A DNA stretch of 39,002 bases. Origin: a virus. Taxonomy: Duplodnaviria; Caudoviricetes. Of the stretch, positions 16,455 through 25,764 are shown piece by piece. The translations under genes were made by a program, and so were the position numbers. How positions within the stretch are numbered: the stretch's first letter is position 1; each line of letters opens with the position of its first letter. The stretch spans positions 1-39,002 of the IMG/VR virus record IMGVR_UViG_3300020042_003012; one strand, given 5' to 3'. The notes under the pieces are model-generated. The model was not told the DNA's origin. It was given only the letters and a program-made list of their open reading frames with translations, and made no database searches.

Positions 16455-16473
16455 TGTGACTAAAGTAGCGTAA
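16288..16473 (+). CDS. Small basic protein overlapping the DUF3310 3' end
   Basis: AAGGA RBS and GTG at 16288; ends just before the terminator. Confidence 0.55.
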   Translation: MYKIKRVKGSLPKSLKALFVSYDQARSALRKHLRLQAKVSGGEHLTMTMMRLLGFDVTKVA

Positions 16474-16485
16474 TACTAGTAACAG

Positions 16486-16510
16486 AAAAGGGGCTTAATG
16501 CCCCTTTTTT
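16486..16510. terminator. Bidirectional rho-independent terminator between the two arms
   Basis: AAAAGGGGC-TTAAT-GCCCCTTTTTT between convergent genes. Confidence 0.9.
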
Positions 16511-16958
16511 ATTTTGTAAATCGTTCATCTAGATATGATCGTATCCTACTTATATAGTTTCTAGTCTCTGCTTTAGGTGGTTGCTTACCTTCTAACACTG
16601 CTTTAGCAGCAGCATTTCCACCATTATAGTGTGCAATAGCAGCTATGGGATTCTTATACTGCTTAACTAAGTCAGACATATATCTACCTGAAGCATCAAT
16701 ACTATCAAATGGGTCAGCCACATCATGTGGATATGTTTTACGAGTACTATCAATAAATTGCATAACACCTTTAGCACCTTTAGGACTAACTTGTCCTATG
16801 TTAGTGCGTTCACCAGCATTCTTCAAAGCAACAATCATGCCAGTAGGTAAGTTGTAACGCTTCTCAACATCCATAGCAAATGCATCTAAACGTGGGTCAT
16901 CATACTTGACTGTTGCCCACTCTTTAGGATTCTTAACTAAATCAGCATACTCACTCAT
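16509..16958 (-). CDS. Lytic transglycosylase (SLT), probably virion-associated
   Basis: AGE...VSPKGAKGVMQF...HYNGG motifs; probable start MSEY at 16958. Confidence 0.85.
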   Translation of the reverse strand: MSEYADLVKNPKEWATVKYDDPRLDAFAMDVEKRYNLPTGMIVALKNAGERTNIGQVSPKGAKGVMQFIDSTRKTYPHDVADPFDSIDASGRYMSDLVKQYKNPIAAIAHYNGGNAAAKAVLEGKQPPKAETRNYISRIRSYLDERFTK

Positions 16959-19845
16959 TTGGTTGCCACCATTTCTTAGTGGTAGATGTACGAGCAGGAG
17001 CGTTACTAGTAGCAGGGATAGCATCAGGCTGCAAGTCAGGTCTTTGACCAGACAAAGGGTTTTTCTTTGGGGCAATAATATCTGATGGTTTAGTTTGTTT
17101 AGATTGCTTACGTTCATCAATTAGTTTTCCTGTTGTTGTACGTGCTTTGTTTACTGGAACAGAAAAATACCTATCGCCAAACTTTCTAATCTCAAAACCA
17201 CGTTCTTGTTCTCCATCAACTGCTTTTTGCCAAGTTTCATGTTTACGCCCTTTTAATATTACATAGGACTCATCTGGCAATTTATACTTTTGTTTATCTT
17301 CTTTACTTGCTGGTGCTACAGAACCCCAATGACCAGCATTTTCACCTGTGCCATCCGGCCCCATACCATATTTAAGAGCAGTTTCATAGTCATATCCCTC
17401 TCCTTCAGGATTAAATTTAACAACTTTAGATTGGTCAGTAGGTGCGTTACTAGTAACTTGTGCAGCAGCAGGGGGTGCAGCAGGTTTAGCAGCATTAGCT
17501 TTTTCTTCTTCAATCCTCATTGCATCCATGTTAGCTTGTGCAGCAGCAGGTATTGATGCAGCACCAGTGAAGTCAGTGCTAGTAGTGGGTGCTACAGGTT
17601 CAGCAGGTGGTGTCTGTACAGCAGGTGTAGGTTTACCAGTAGTCATTGCTTGTGTTTGTGAAGTATATGCTTCACTAATACTACCTTGACTTGTAAATGT
17701 CTGTATAAACTTTTTACGCAATTCAAAAATAGATACATTAGTCAATGCTGCTTGAATTCGTAATGCATCATCAACAACTTTTAATTGTTTTTCTAATGTC
17801 CCCATAGCAGGTGGTGGTCGAGAAGAACCAACACGTTGCCAATCTTGTAATACACTAAGTTTATTTGGTGGTGTATTAGGAGTAGGTTTAGTAGGCATTA
17901 CTGATAGTGCACTAGCACCAGTAACATCTTTAAATGTAAGTGTAACACCAATATCTTTATACCTATCGTATTTAGCAAGTGCTTCTGTAAAAGCTGCTTT
18001 AGCTATGTCACCATTACCTAATGCACCATACACTTTACTTTCAACAGACATGTTAATTAAATTAAGAACATTAGGTCTATCTGCTTCTGGTACTCTGGTA
18101 TTAATAAACGCAGTAATGGTAGGCAAACCACTTTTTAACAGACGTTCTGTAGCAGCAGGTGTAAGCAAACCAAACTTAACTTGTTCGTTTACTAATCCTA
18201 TAGGGTCTTCTACAACTACGTTTTTATCAGTTACTGCTTTTCTAGTAGTATCAGCACATGCTTCATAACTCATACACACAGCAGTTGCTTCAGATATGTT
18301 AGTTGGTGTTTTATTAGATTTATTACCATCTGCTTTATATGCATCAAAGTCTTTTGCAAGTTGCATAAACTCTTGTGTGGATACTTGTTGCAAAGCAGCT
18401 TTTCTTAATGCTTGAATGTGTGCTAATTCCCTAGCAGAATTTGGATAACGTGCTATTGCATCGTTATATGCTTTTGTATCACCATTCAATATTAACGCAC
18501 CAGCTACATCTGGTGGTATACCTAACGTTTGTACAAATGTGTTAATAAATGTAAAACGTTTTTGCATTGTTTCTAGTGGGTCTTTAGGCTCAGCAGCAGT
18601 AGCAAGTAACCAACTAGTTTTATTTTCAGTATAGTATTTCTTTTCTTTGTCGTACCATGATTCTAAATCTTGCTGTGCTTGACGCACAATGTTTGCGTCA
18701 GCAGGTACAGCTTTGATTTTCTCAATCAGCTTATCGTTCATGGCTTTATACTGAGCATCCAATACATTGAGAATTTTAGTACCACCTTCGTCAATTAACT
18801 TTTTATATGCGTCACTATTTGCTATTTCAGGAGGAATTTGTCCTGACGCAATTTGTTGAGGCGACACACCCAACAGTTTTAATTGAGACATTATTCTGGT
18901 GTTCTCTCCAAGCAACTCGTTTTCAAAAGTAATTTTAGTAAGAGTTGTCAAATTGAGAAGTGCGTTACCACCAGCTCTCAGTGCAGCATCTGCATCTTTC
19001 GTACTTTGTGCATATGCAACAGAAGATTGTGCCAGTTCAAACTTTTCTTTAGGACTCTTTTGTTGCCACTCTAAAAGTGCTTGTGTCTCACTAACACCAC
19101 CAGCTTGCTTTCTATCGTTGACATATGCAGTACGCATCATGTCTTCTTGTTTCTGTGCAGCTTTACCAGCCTCTTGTTTTTGACGCTCAATAAAATTAAT
19201 GTCTTCATACAATTTATTAACACTGTATAAATCAACACGTTCTTTACCAGTAACTTGCTGTGCAATTTGTCTAAAGTTATTAGCAAGTTCAGGTGTTTCT
19301 GCAATGGCTTTCTTCAACAATGCTTCTGACCGCAACATCATTTCATGTTGACGTTGTGGCATAGCATCACGTGCTAACATAATGCGTTGTTGTTCATTTC
19401 TAAAATTAGATACGAATTTATTTTCGTTCTCAGTAGTGAATACATTTGCTACTTGTGCAGCAATAACAGGGTCAGCACCAGCAAGAATTGCACCAGTACG
19501 AATCTCGTCTTCGTTCCCCATCATCTGTGCTCGTTCTAACTCAGCCTTAGTTTTATTGGATGTATCCATAGCGATAATTTCATCCATCTGACTTCTTAAG
19601 TCATCTACACCAGTAGATATATCCTCACCAAGTTTTTTTACTTTCTTCTCAGCTTGTTGTGTACCATATGCTTTAGTTACACCACTAAAAATATCAGCAC
19701 CAACCCTAGAGAATGTTTCTGCTAATGCTGTCTCACTTCTTACTTGAGCAACTTGTGCCTCACTAATTTTAGCTAGTGTATTAGGGTTAGCCATTGCTGG
19801 CTCATCACTTCGTGTAATGTCTGTTCTGTACATACTATTCGCCAT
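16951..19845 (-). CDS. Internal virion (ejection) protein, 964 aa
   Basis: Large helical/Ala-Gln-rich ORF after the tail genes; Pro/Ala/Thr linker and small C-terminal domain. Confidence 0.65.
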   Translation of the reverse strand: MANSMYRTDITRSDEPAMANPNTLAKISEAQVAQVRSETALAETFSRVGADIFSGVTKAYGTQQAEKKVKKLGEDISTGVDDLRSQMDEIIAMDTSNKTKAELERAQMMGNEDEIRTGAILAGADPVIAAQVANVFTTENENKFVSNFRNEQQRIMLARDAMPQRQHEMMLRSEALLKKAIAETPELANNFRQIAQQVTGKERVDLYSVNKLYEDINFIERQKQEAGKAAQKQEDMMRTAYVNDRKQAGGVSETQALLEWQQKSPKEKFELAQSSVAYAQSTKDADAALRAGGNALLNLTTLTKITFENELLGENTRIMSQLKLLGVSPQQIASGQIPPEIANSDAYKKLIDEGGTKILNVLDAQYKAMNDKLIEKIKAVPADANIVRQAQQDLESWYDKEKKYYTENKTSWLLATAAEPKDPLETMQKRFTFINTFVQTLGIPPDVAGALILNGDTKAYNDAIARYPNSARELAHIQALRKAALQQVSTQEFMQLAKDFDAYKADGNKSNKTPTNISEATAVCMSYEACADTTRKAVTDKNVVVEDPIGLVNEQVKFGLLTPAATERLLKSGLPTITAFINTRVPEADRPNVLNLINMSVESKVYGALGNGDIAKAAFTEALAKYDRYKDIGVTLTFKDVTGASALSVMPTKPTPNTPPNKLSVLQDWQRVGSSRPPPAMGTLEKQLKVVDDALRIQAALTNVSIFELRKKFIQTFTSQGSISEAYTSQTQAMTTGKPTPAVQTPPAEPVAPTTSTDFTGAASIPAAAQANMDAMRIEEEKANAAKPAAPPAAAQVTSNAPTDQSKVVKFNPEGEGYDYETALKYGMGPDGTGENAGHWGSVAPASKEDKQKYKLPDESYVILKGRKHETWQKAVDGEQERGFEIRKFGDRYFSVPVNKARTTTGKLIDERKQSKQTKPSDIIAPKKNPLSGQRPDLQPDAIPATSNAPARTSTTKKWWQPNE

Positions 19846-22800
19846 TCACTTCTCCATATGGATTTGTTACTAGTAACCGATTTTTATGGCTAGACATTTG
19901 TGTAGCCCACTTATTAAATGCCTCTCTACCTACAGTGTCGTATGAAGTAGAATCTTTAACCATTCTTGCTATTTGCTTTTTATCTGCTTCAGGAAGTGGT
20001 GCAGTGATTGCACTAGCTGCCCTGTAGTTTGCATTCATAGACTCTGTGTCACCAGCAAGATATGCTTTACGTGCTAGACCCATCAATCTAATTTGTGCAT
20101 CTGCATAACGCTTCATTGTGTTGGTGTAGTCTTGCTTAGTTTTAAACACAGTGCTACTTTCATATGCCTCTGTACTTTGGAAACCAAGTGCTTGAAATAT
20201 CATCTCTGGTGTGGTTAACACAGCAACAGGGTCACCACGTTTGTTTAGCACCATACCATTAGCATGATAGGCCCAATAAGCCTTATCAATACCTCTCCAT
20301 GAAGACACCATAGTAGCACCAAGTGTAGACAGTGTTCTACCAAAATCAGCTAAGCTAAATTCATCTTTACTCAAGAAGTCTTGTAGCACTACAGGTACTT
20401 CCAGTATTGCTTTTAATGTAGAACCAGTAGGGCCAGCAAGTTTAGCTATGTCTACCTTATCACCACTGAGTAAACTACCCATTGCATCATACAAATCTTC
20501 GTACCATTGTAAAGAAGACAGACGACTACCTAGCGCAATGTTAGTACGTTGACCAGTTACTTCTTCACCAATAGTAGATATAATACCTGCAAGCAAACCT
20601 TGTGTAAAATATTGTTTTTGTTGTTCAGAAAGAACACCATTAAGTTTTTCACCTAACCAATCTTCAATAAAGTCTGGTGTAGCATTATTACTAATACCAT
20701 ACAACAGATAACTTCCCAACGTAAGTTGGAAGGCTTCTGAAGTAGTTAGTGTAGGTGATTTCTTTCCAATCAAACCTGACATAGCAGCAAAGATGTTTGT
20801 ACCAAGTCTAATGTTATGTTGCAAGAATTGTAATGGAATACCAAGTATACCTTTACTAAACCGAGCTTCATTAGTCTGTGCCATGTTCATAGACAAGTCA
20901 TCTGCACGTTGTACAATGGATTCTAATGCTGTGTTTGATTCCCAATTTAATCCGGGATTCTTTGCAATAAATTCTCTACGTGCAATTTCAAAAGCACCTA
21001 CTCGGTTAATTTCTTCACCAGTGTTAAAGAACATCATCTGTGCTTGTCTAAATCTATTCTGATTCTTAGCAAAGATGTTTACACTACCTTCACCACTATT
21101 GTATACAGAAGATGCACCAATGTTGTCTAACAAGCCTACACGTTTAATTGCAGAAGCAACCTTACTAAACTCAGACATATCCATGCCTGTATATTTAGCT
21201 ACGCTAGTCCACTTATGTACTTTACTCCACACAGTAGGATTGTCAGATGTTAACGCAATCAAGATTGGTCTAATTGAGAATGCTGCTTTAACACCATGTA
21301 TAGGACTTATAGTGGCTGCTAACAACATTCCTGATGCTTGCACAGCAAGTTGTGCAGGGGCAAACATACCTAGCATTAATGTTGAGCTAACACCTTTAGT
21401 CCACTCAATTACGTTTGCTCTACGTATCACTTGGCCTACGTGTGAGAATGCAGTTGGCACAACGTTATTAGTAATGGTGTTAACTGCGTGTTGAATCAGT
21501 TTCTCATCTGCTGTTTTAACAGCAAGTTGATTAATAATAAAATCCTTAGTGGACAACATCTGTCTAGGCATTGCGTCAGTAAGTGCATAACCCTTAGCAT
21601 TATTAACCACATTAAAGAACACATCTTCAGCAGTCTTTGTGTTCAACTTATCTGAAGAAGAAATAACATCTTCAAACGTATTGTACCAGCGTTGAATAGC
21701 ATTACGTCTCCACTCATTAATTGCAGTGAATCTAGATGTATTGCTAATCTCTGCTTCCAAGCTTTGTAACGGCCCTTGAATCTCTAAGTCACTGCTACCA
21801 GTGCTAATAGATTTAACACCTTGTTCTGTTCTTTCAGACCAAAATATTTTACCACCAGACATGTCATCACTACCAATACCAGTAGTGTCTCTAAAGAAGT
21901 TATCATCAAGTCTAGTATAGTTAAACTTAGCTGTAGCACCATCAAACACACCATTGTTAAGATCAGTGGCGAGTTTCTCTGCTTCTTTTTCAAACATACC
22001 TAATGCTTTAGACACATCATTACTAGTAATTACTTTTAGTCCTTTACGAACATTAAGTAAACTATTAAAGCCTTTTACATAAGCAGCAGCATCTTTCTCT
22101 GATGCAGCAGTACGGAAAGCATATTCCATGTCTTCTTGTACATCATTGACTAGTTGTTTACCTTTAATTTTAATAAAGTATTCTTCAGTGTAGATACGGC
22201 TATATGCACCGTCTGCTCTACCTACAACACTAGACAAATCCCCAACTCTTAATTTGTTAGGTGGTACAGCAACCACAGTTATGTGACCTCTACGACCTTC
22301 TATTTGTTGTGCTTTAGCATACTCATAAATCTGCAAACCTCTACTATCCAACTCATATACATTATCTAATGTAACTGTAACCATTTTATTATTGTCAACA
22401 TCATATACATTTTTGTACATGAAGTCTTCTAAGTTACGTTTCTTAGCAGGGCCTGACAATTGACCAAGTTCATCCAAGCCAACAAACACATTATGGTAGC
22501 CACGAGCTACTAGTGCATTAACAGCTTCTTTGTTTTTATAATAATATTGCACATTACGCATTGTACGGAATGCATAATAGGCTTCTTGTTCATTAGCTGT
22601 TTTAACACCATGTTCACCTAATTCAAACACAGTCATGTCACGCTTTAGTTTTTCTGTTTGTACCAGTGCTCTATTAACCTTGTCAATAGAATCACCGTTT
22701 AATCTGTCAAAACTAGTTTTAATAAAATCACTGTACACTTTACCGTACTTAGTTCTTTTGTACATGCTGGTAAGTGCCGGAGAATATATTGAATCAACAG

Positions 22801-25222
22801 ATGCTAAACGAGGATTAACCTTGCCCAACATAATGTGCATCTTATCTAATTCATCCTGAGATATTTTACCAATGTCTTCCAAGAAGACAGGCATATCTAC
22901 TTTCTGACGCACATAGAAACCTTCTGATGAAGGAGCAAACATAGGGTCTGCATCAATGCGATCAGCTACAGCACTTTCCCACTCTTTAAACACATTGTCT
23001 ACATGTTTGTTTACTACCACTTCACCATATTTAGGATAAACACGCAATACAGATGGGTTTAAGAAAGTATTGTCACCCGCTTTAAGTGATTCAGGAAGTC
23101 TTACTGTCAAACCTTGTTTAGACATTTCTTCAACCAAACCAAACCATTCAGATAGTGCAGTGTCTTTCTTACCAAATCCCAATAAATCTTTAAATGCATT
23201 CCACAATGCAGACAACACTGTAGTATTCTTATACTTAATAGAATCTAAAAATACAGCTACTTTAGGTATTTGATTAAGACTATACAAACCAGATGTACTA
23301 AATTCTTCTAAGTCTTTTGTTAAATATTCTAGTGTATCTTTTAAATCTTTATCTTTTACTTTTTTAATGTTGTCAATAACAACAGCACGTAAGTTGTCCA
23401 TATTAGAAACAATCTTACCTATGCTACTGCTAGGATTTACTTTACCATAAGCAATTTTATTAGATGTTACAGCATGAATTATTTCATGTGTAAATACATT
23501 CATATCTTTGTTGCCACCATACAATACCATTGTATCAGATGCTGCCATATAATATGATCTACCACCGCCATCTTGAATAATTACTTTAGTTTGTTTAGGT
23601 AAAGTTTCAAGTAAATTATCTACAACTAAACGTTCTTTTAAAAACACTGTATTACGTACAGATTGCCATACATCTTGCAACAATGGTTGTTGCTCAGTGA
23701 CTGCCCTAGCAGCAGGAATAACACGGCTATAGTCAGTTGATTGTGATCTTGTATAACTAAAGAAAGGTGATTCACGTTTTAAATCTATTAAGTTATTTGA
23801 TGTGCTTATTCTAGGCACATACTTTACCAATACAAGTTCATTAGTAAGAGATGTAATTTTACTGTCTAAGTCTTCCATGACACGAATCTTTTCAGCATCA
23901 GTGCCACCAACAGGTACTACTTCTAGTTCACCACGTTTCCATTGCTTGTAATAGTCTAATGCTTCTTCTGCTGTTGCGAATGCATTACCATTAGAGTCAC
24001 CATACAAAACATCTACATTCAACTTACCTGCTTGTACATCTGTAGTCACTTTAGATGATACAATGGAGGGGTTAGATTCCTTATTGTAAATACGCTCTAA
24101 ACGGGCCTTAGAAGCCATTATTTCATCTATGTTAGCCCCACCTGTGTACATGCTATTATCTAGGTCTTTAAGGGTGGTTTCAAGGCGTTTACGGAGGGCT
24201 GCTTGTATCTCAGGAGATGCTCCATCTAACTCATCTGACAAAAGGGTACGAGTAGACATAGCAGCATCTACAGAGTCTGCTTTACTAGCACCTAAGATAC
24301 CTTTACCATGCTCAATGGTTGTAGCCAAGTCAGCAGCCACTGCATCACTAGCACCAATGCTCTTACCTACAGACACACCTTTAGAAGCTTTTAATGACGC
24401 ACGAATACCTGCTTTAGTTAAAGCAGCAATTTGTAATGCATCTAAACTACCAAAAGCTATTTCTGATACAGGGTCTAATGTTAATTGACTACTAACAGCA
24501 GTCAAGAACCTACGTGCACCACCCTCACCCAACACAGGAATAAGCTTACTAGTAATGGTATTTATAAGTTTACCAACATCTTCTGCGGGAACATTACGTA
24601 ACAGTGTGCGTGTATTCTCAGCAGCGGTGGCAAATGTAAGTGCTCTACTGCCAGTAAAACCATTAGCTTCTAACATCTCATTGACAACAGGAGATACTCT
24701 ACTCCAATCTTGTACAGTTGTAAAACCAGTTACATCACGAAGCAGTTGATTAGCTATACCACGTTCATCTAAACTATCAATGTTTATTTCCAACAATGTG
24801 CGTAATGCAACATCATTCTTAAGTTGCAGTGTTCTACGATTAATCTCATCCAAACCCTTACCTGTTTTAATCATAGCGACTTCAATCTCAGGAGCAACAC
24901 TATCGGTTACATCATCATGGAAAGAAACTGGTTTAGGTACAGCAAGTTGTCTAAGTTCATTCAAAGCTGCTTCTACAGCAACACTATTTTGATCTTTAGC
25001 TAAGTTTAATGTAGCCTCTTTAAGAAGCTGCATTTCATCTGTACGAGCAAGTTTAGCACGTTCATTAGCTACGTGCGCTGGCCCTAGTGTGGCTTGCTCT
25101 TGTGCTGCCCCTAGAAAGTCGCCATTGTTTAAACCATACATTAAAGACAATGTGCCATTAGCTTTAGGCTCATTTTCTTTTTTGAGTGGTACTACTGTCT
25201 CATAGAGATCAAAGTCACTCAT
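19835..25222 (-). CDS. Large internal virion protein, 1795 aa, with zincin-like HEIIH motif
   Basis: Size and position typical of podovirus ejection proteins; VFTHEIIH...LEEF. Confidence 0.7.
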   Translation of the reverse strand: MSDFDLYETVVPLKKENEPKANGTLSLMYGLNNGDFLGAAQEQATLGPAHVANERAKLARTDEMQLLKEATLNLAKDQNSVAVEAALNELRQLAVPKPVSFHDDVTDSVAPEIEVAMIKTGKGLDEINRRTLQLKNDVALRTLLEINIDSLDERGIANQLLRDVTGFTTVQDWSRVSPVVNEMLEANGFTGSRALTFATAAENTRTLLRNVPAEDVGKLINTITSKLIPVLGEGGARRFLTAVSSQLTLDPVSEIAFGSLDALQIAALTKAGIRASLKASKGVSVGKSIGASDAVAADLATTIEHGKGILGASKADSVDAAMSTRTLLSDELDGASPEIQAALRKRLETTLKDLDNSMYTGGANIDEIMASKARLERIYNKESNPSIVSSKVTTDVQAGKLNVDVLYGDSNGNAFATAEEALDYYKQWKRGELEVVPVGGTDAEKIRVMEDLDSKITSLTNELVLVKYVPRISTSNNLIDLKRESPFFSYTRSQSTDYSRVIPAARAVTEQQPLLQDVWQSVRNTVFLKERLVVDNLLETLPKQTKVIIQDGGGRSYYMAASDTMVLYGGNKDMNVFTHEIIHAVTSNKIAYGKVNPSSSIGKIVSNMDNLRAVVIDNIKKVKDKDLKDTLEYLTKDLEEFSTSGLYSLNQIPKVAVFLDSIKYKNTTVLSALWNAFKDLLGFGKKDTALSEWFGLVEEMSKQGLTVRLPESLKAGDNTFLNPSVLRVYPKYGEVVVNKHVDNVFKEWESAVADRIDADPMFAPSSEGFYVRQKVDMPVFLEDIGKISQDELDKMHIMLGKVNPRLASVDSIYSPALTSMYKRTKYGKVYSDFIKTSFDRLNGDSIDKVNRALVQTEKLKRDMTVFELGEHGVKTANEQEAYYAFRTMRNVQYYYKNKEAVNALVARGYHNVFVGLDELGQLSGPAKKRNLEDFMYKNVYDVDNNKMVTVTLDNVYELDSRGLQIYEYAKAQQIEGRRGHITVVAVPPNKLRVGDLSSVVGRADGAYSRIYTEEYFIKIKGKQLVNDVQEDMEYAFRTAASEKDAAAYVKGFNSLLNVRKGLKVITSNDVSKALGMFEKEAEKLATDLNNGVFDGATAKFNYTRLDDNFFRDTTGIGSDDMSGGKIFWSERTEQGVKSISTGSSDLEIQGPLQSLEAEISNTSRFTAINEWRRNAIQRWYNTFEDVISSSDKLNTKTAEDVFFNVVNNAKGYALTDAMPRQMLSTKDFIINQLAVKTADEKLIQHAVNTITNNVVPTAFSHVGQVIRRANVIEWTKGVSSTLMLGMFAPAQLAVQASGMLLAATISPIHGVKAAFSIRPILIALTSDNPTVWSKVHKWTSVAKYTGMDMSEFSKVASAIKRVGLLDNIGASSVYNSGEGSVNIFAKNQNRFRQAQMMFFNTGEEINRVGAFEIARREFIAKNPGLNWESNTALESIVQRADDLSMNMAQTNEARFSKGILGIPLQFLQHNIRLGTNIFAAMSGLIGKKSPTLTTSEAFQLTLGSYLLYGISNNATPDFIEDWLGEKLNGVLSEQQKQYFTQGLLAGIISTIGEEVTGQRTNIALGSRLSSLQWYEDLYDAMGSLLSGDKVDIAKLAGPTGSTLKAILEVPVVLQDFLSKDEFSLADFGRTLSTLGATMVSSWRGIDKAYWAYHANGMVLNKRGDPVAVLTTPEMIFQALGFQSTEAYESSTVFKTKQDYTNTMKRYADAQIRLMGLARKAYLAGDTESMNANYRAASAITAPLPEADKKQIARMVKDSTSYDTVGREAFNKWATQMSSHKNRLLVTNPYGEVNGE

Positions 25223-25755
25223 TATGCAAATACCTTTGCAACTTTTTCGTAACCACCTACACCACCAAAAATAGAAGTCGCCATTCCCATTTGAGCACTA
25301 GCAAGTTGTTGTCTAGATGCAGCTATGGATGCATTAGCCATCTCATTACTATAACCTAACGCAAAACCACCAATAGCAGTATTTTGTTTTGCTATTTGTG
25401 ACATATAATCTATATTGCTACCTAGTTGACTACTAACACTAAACATACCACCTGCCATGGCACTACTACCCATGCCACCTGTTTGAGCACCTACGTTAAG
25501 CATACTACTTTGTGCAATACGTGATTGCCTAATTTGTTGCCTTACAGATCGTATATTTTGTATTTCTGCTTTCTTTGATTCAGCAGCATATTGTTGTCGA
25601 GCTTGTTCTTGTGCTCTCCTAGTAGCATCTACTTGTTTTTTTTGTTGTTCAACAACGTCTTCACCTTTACTATAGGCAACACCAGCAGCAGCACCAGCAG
25701 GGCCACCAATTAAAAATCCTACACCACCATAAACTAAATCTTTAAAAAACGACAT
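25222..25755 (-). CDS. Small internal virion protein (gp14-like)
   Basis: Gly/Ala-rich hydrophobic N-terminus, Gln-rich coiled coil; position after tail tubular B. Confidence 0.6.
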   Translation of the reverse strand: MSFFKDLVYGGVGFLIGGPAGAAAGVAYSKGEDVVEQQKKQVDATRRAQEQARQQYAAESKKAEIQNIRSVRQQIRQSRIAQSSMLNVGAQTGGMGSSAMAGGMFSVSSQLGSNIDYMSQIAKQNTAIGGFALGYSNEMANASIAASRQQLASAQMGMATSIFGGVGGYEKVAKVFA

Positions 25756-25764
25756 TATATACTC

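Noticed and set aside
16959-17120. Hydrophobic N-terminal extension (signal/SAR-like) of the transglycosylase in the ORF track
   Set aside because: Lies within the 964-aa gene in another frame; the LLV runs partly derive from the palindrome; MSEY at 16958 couples neatly to the upstream stop
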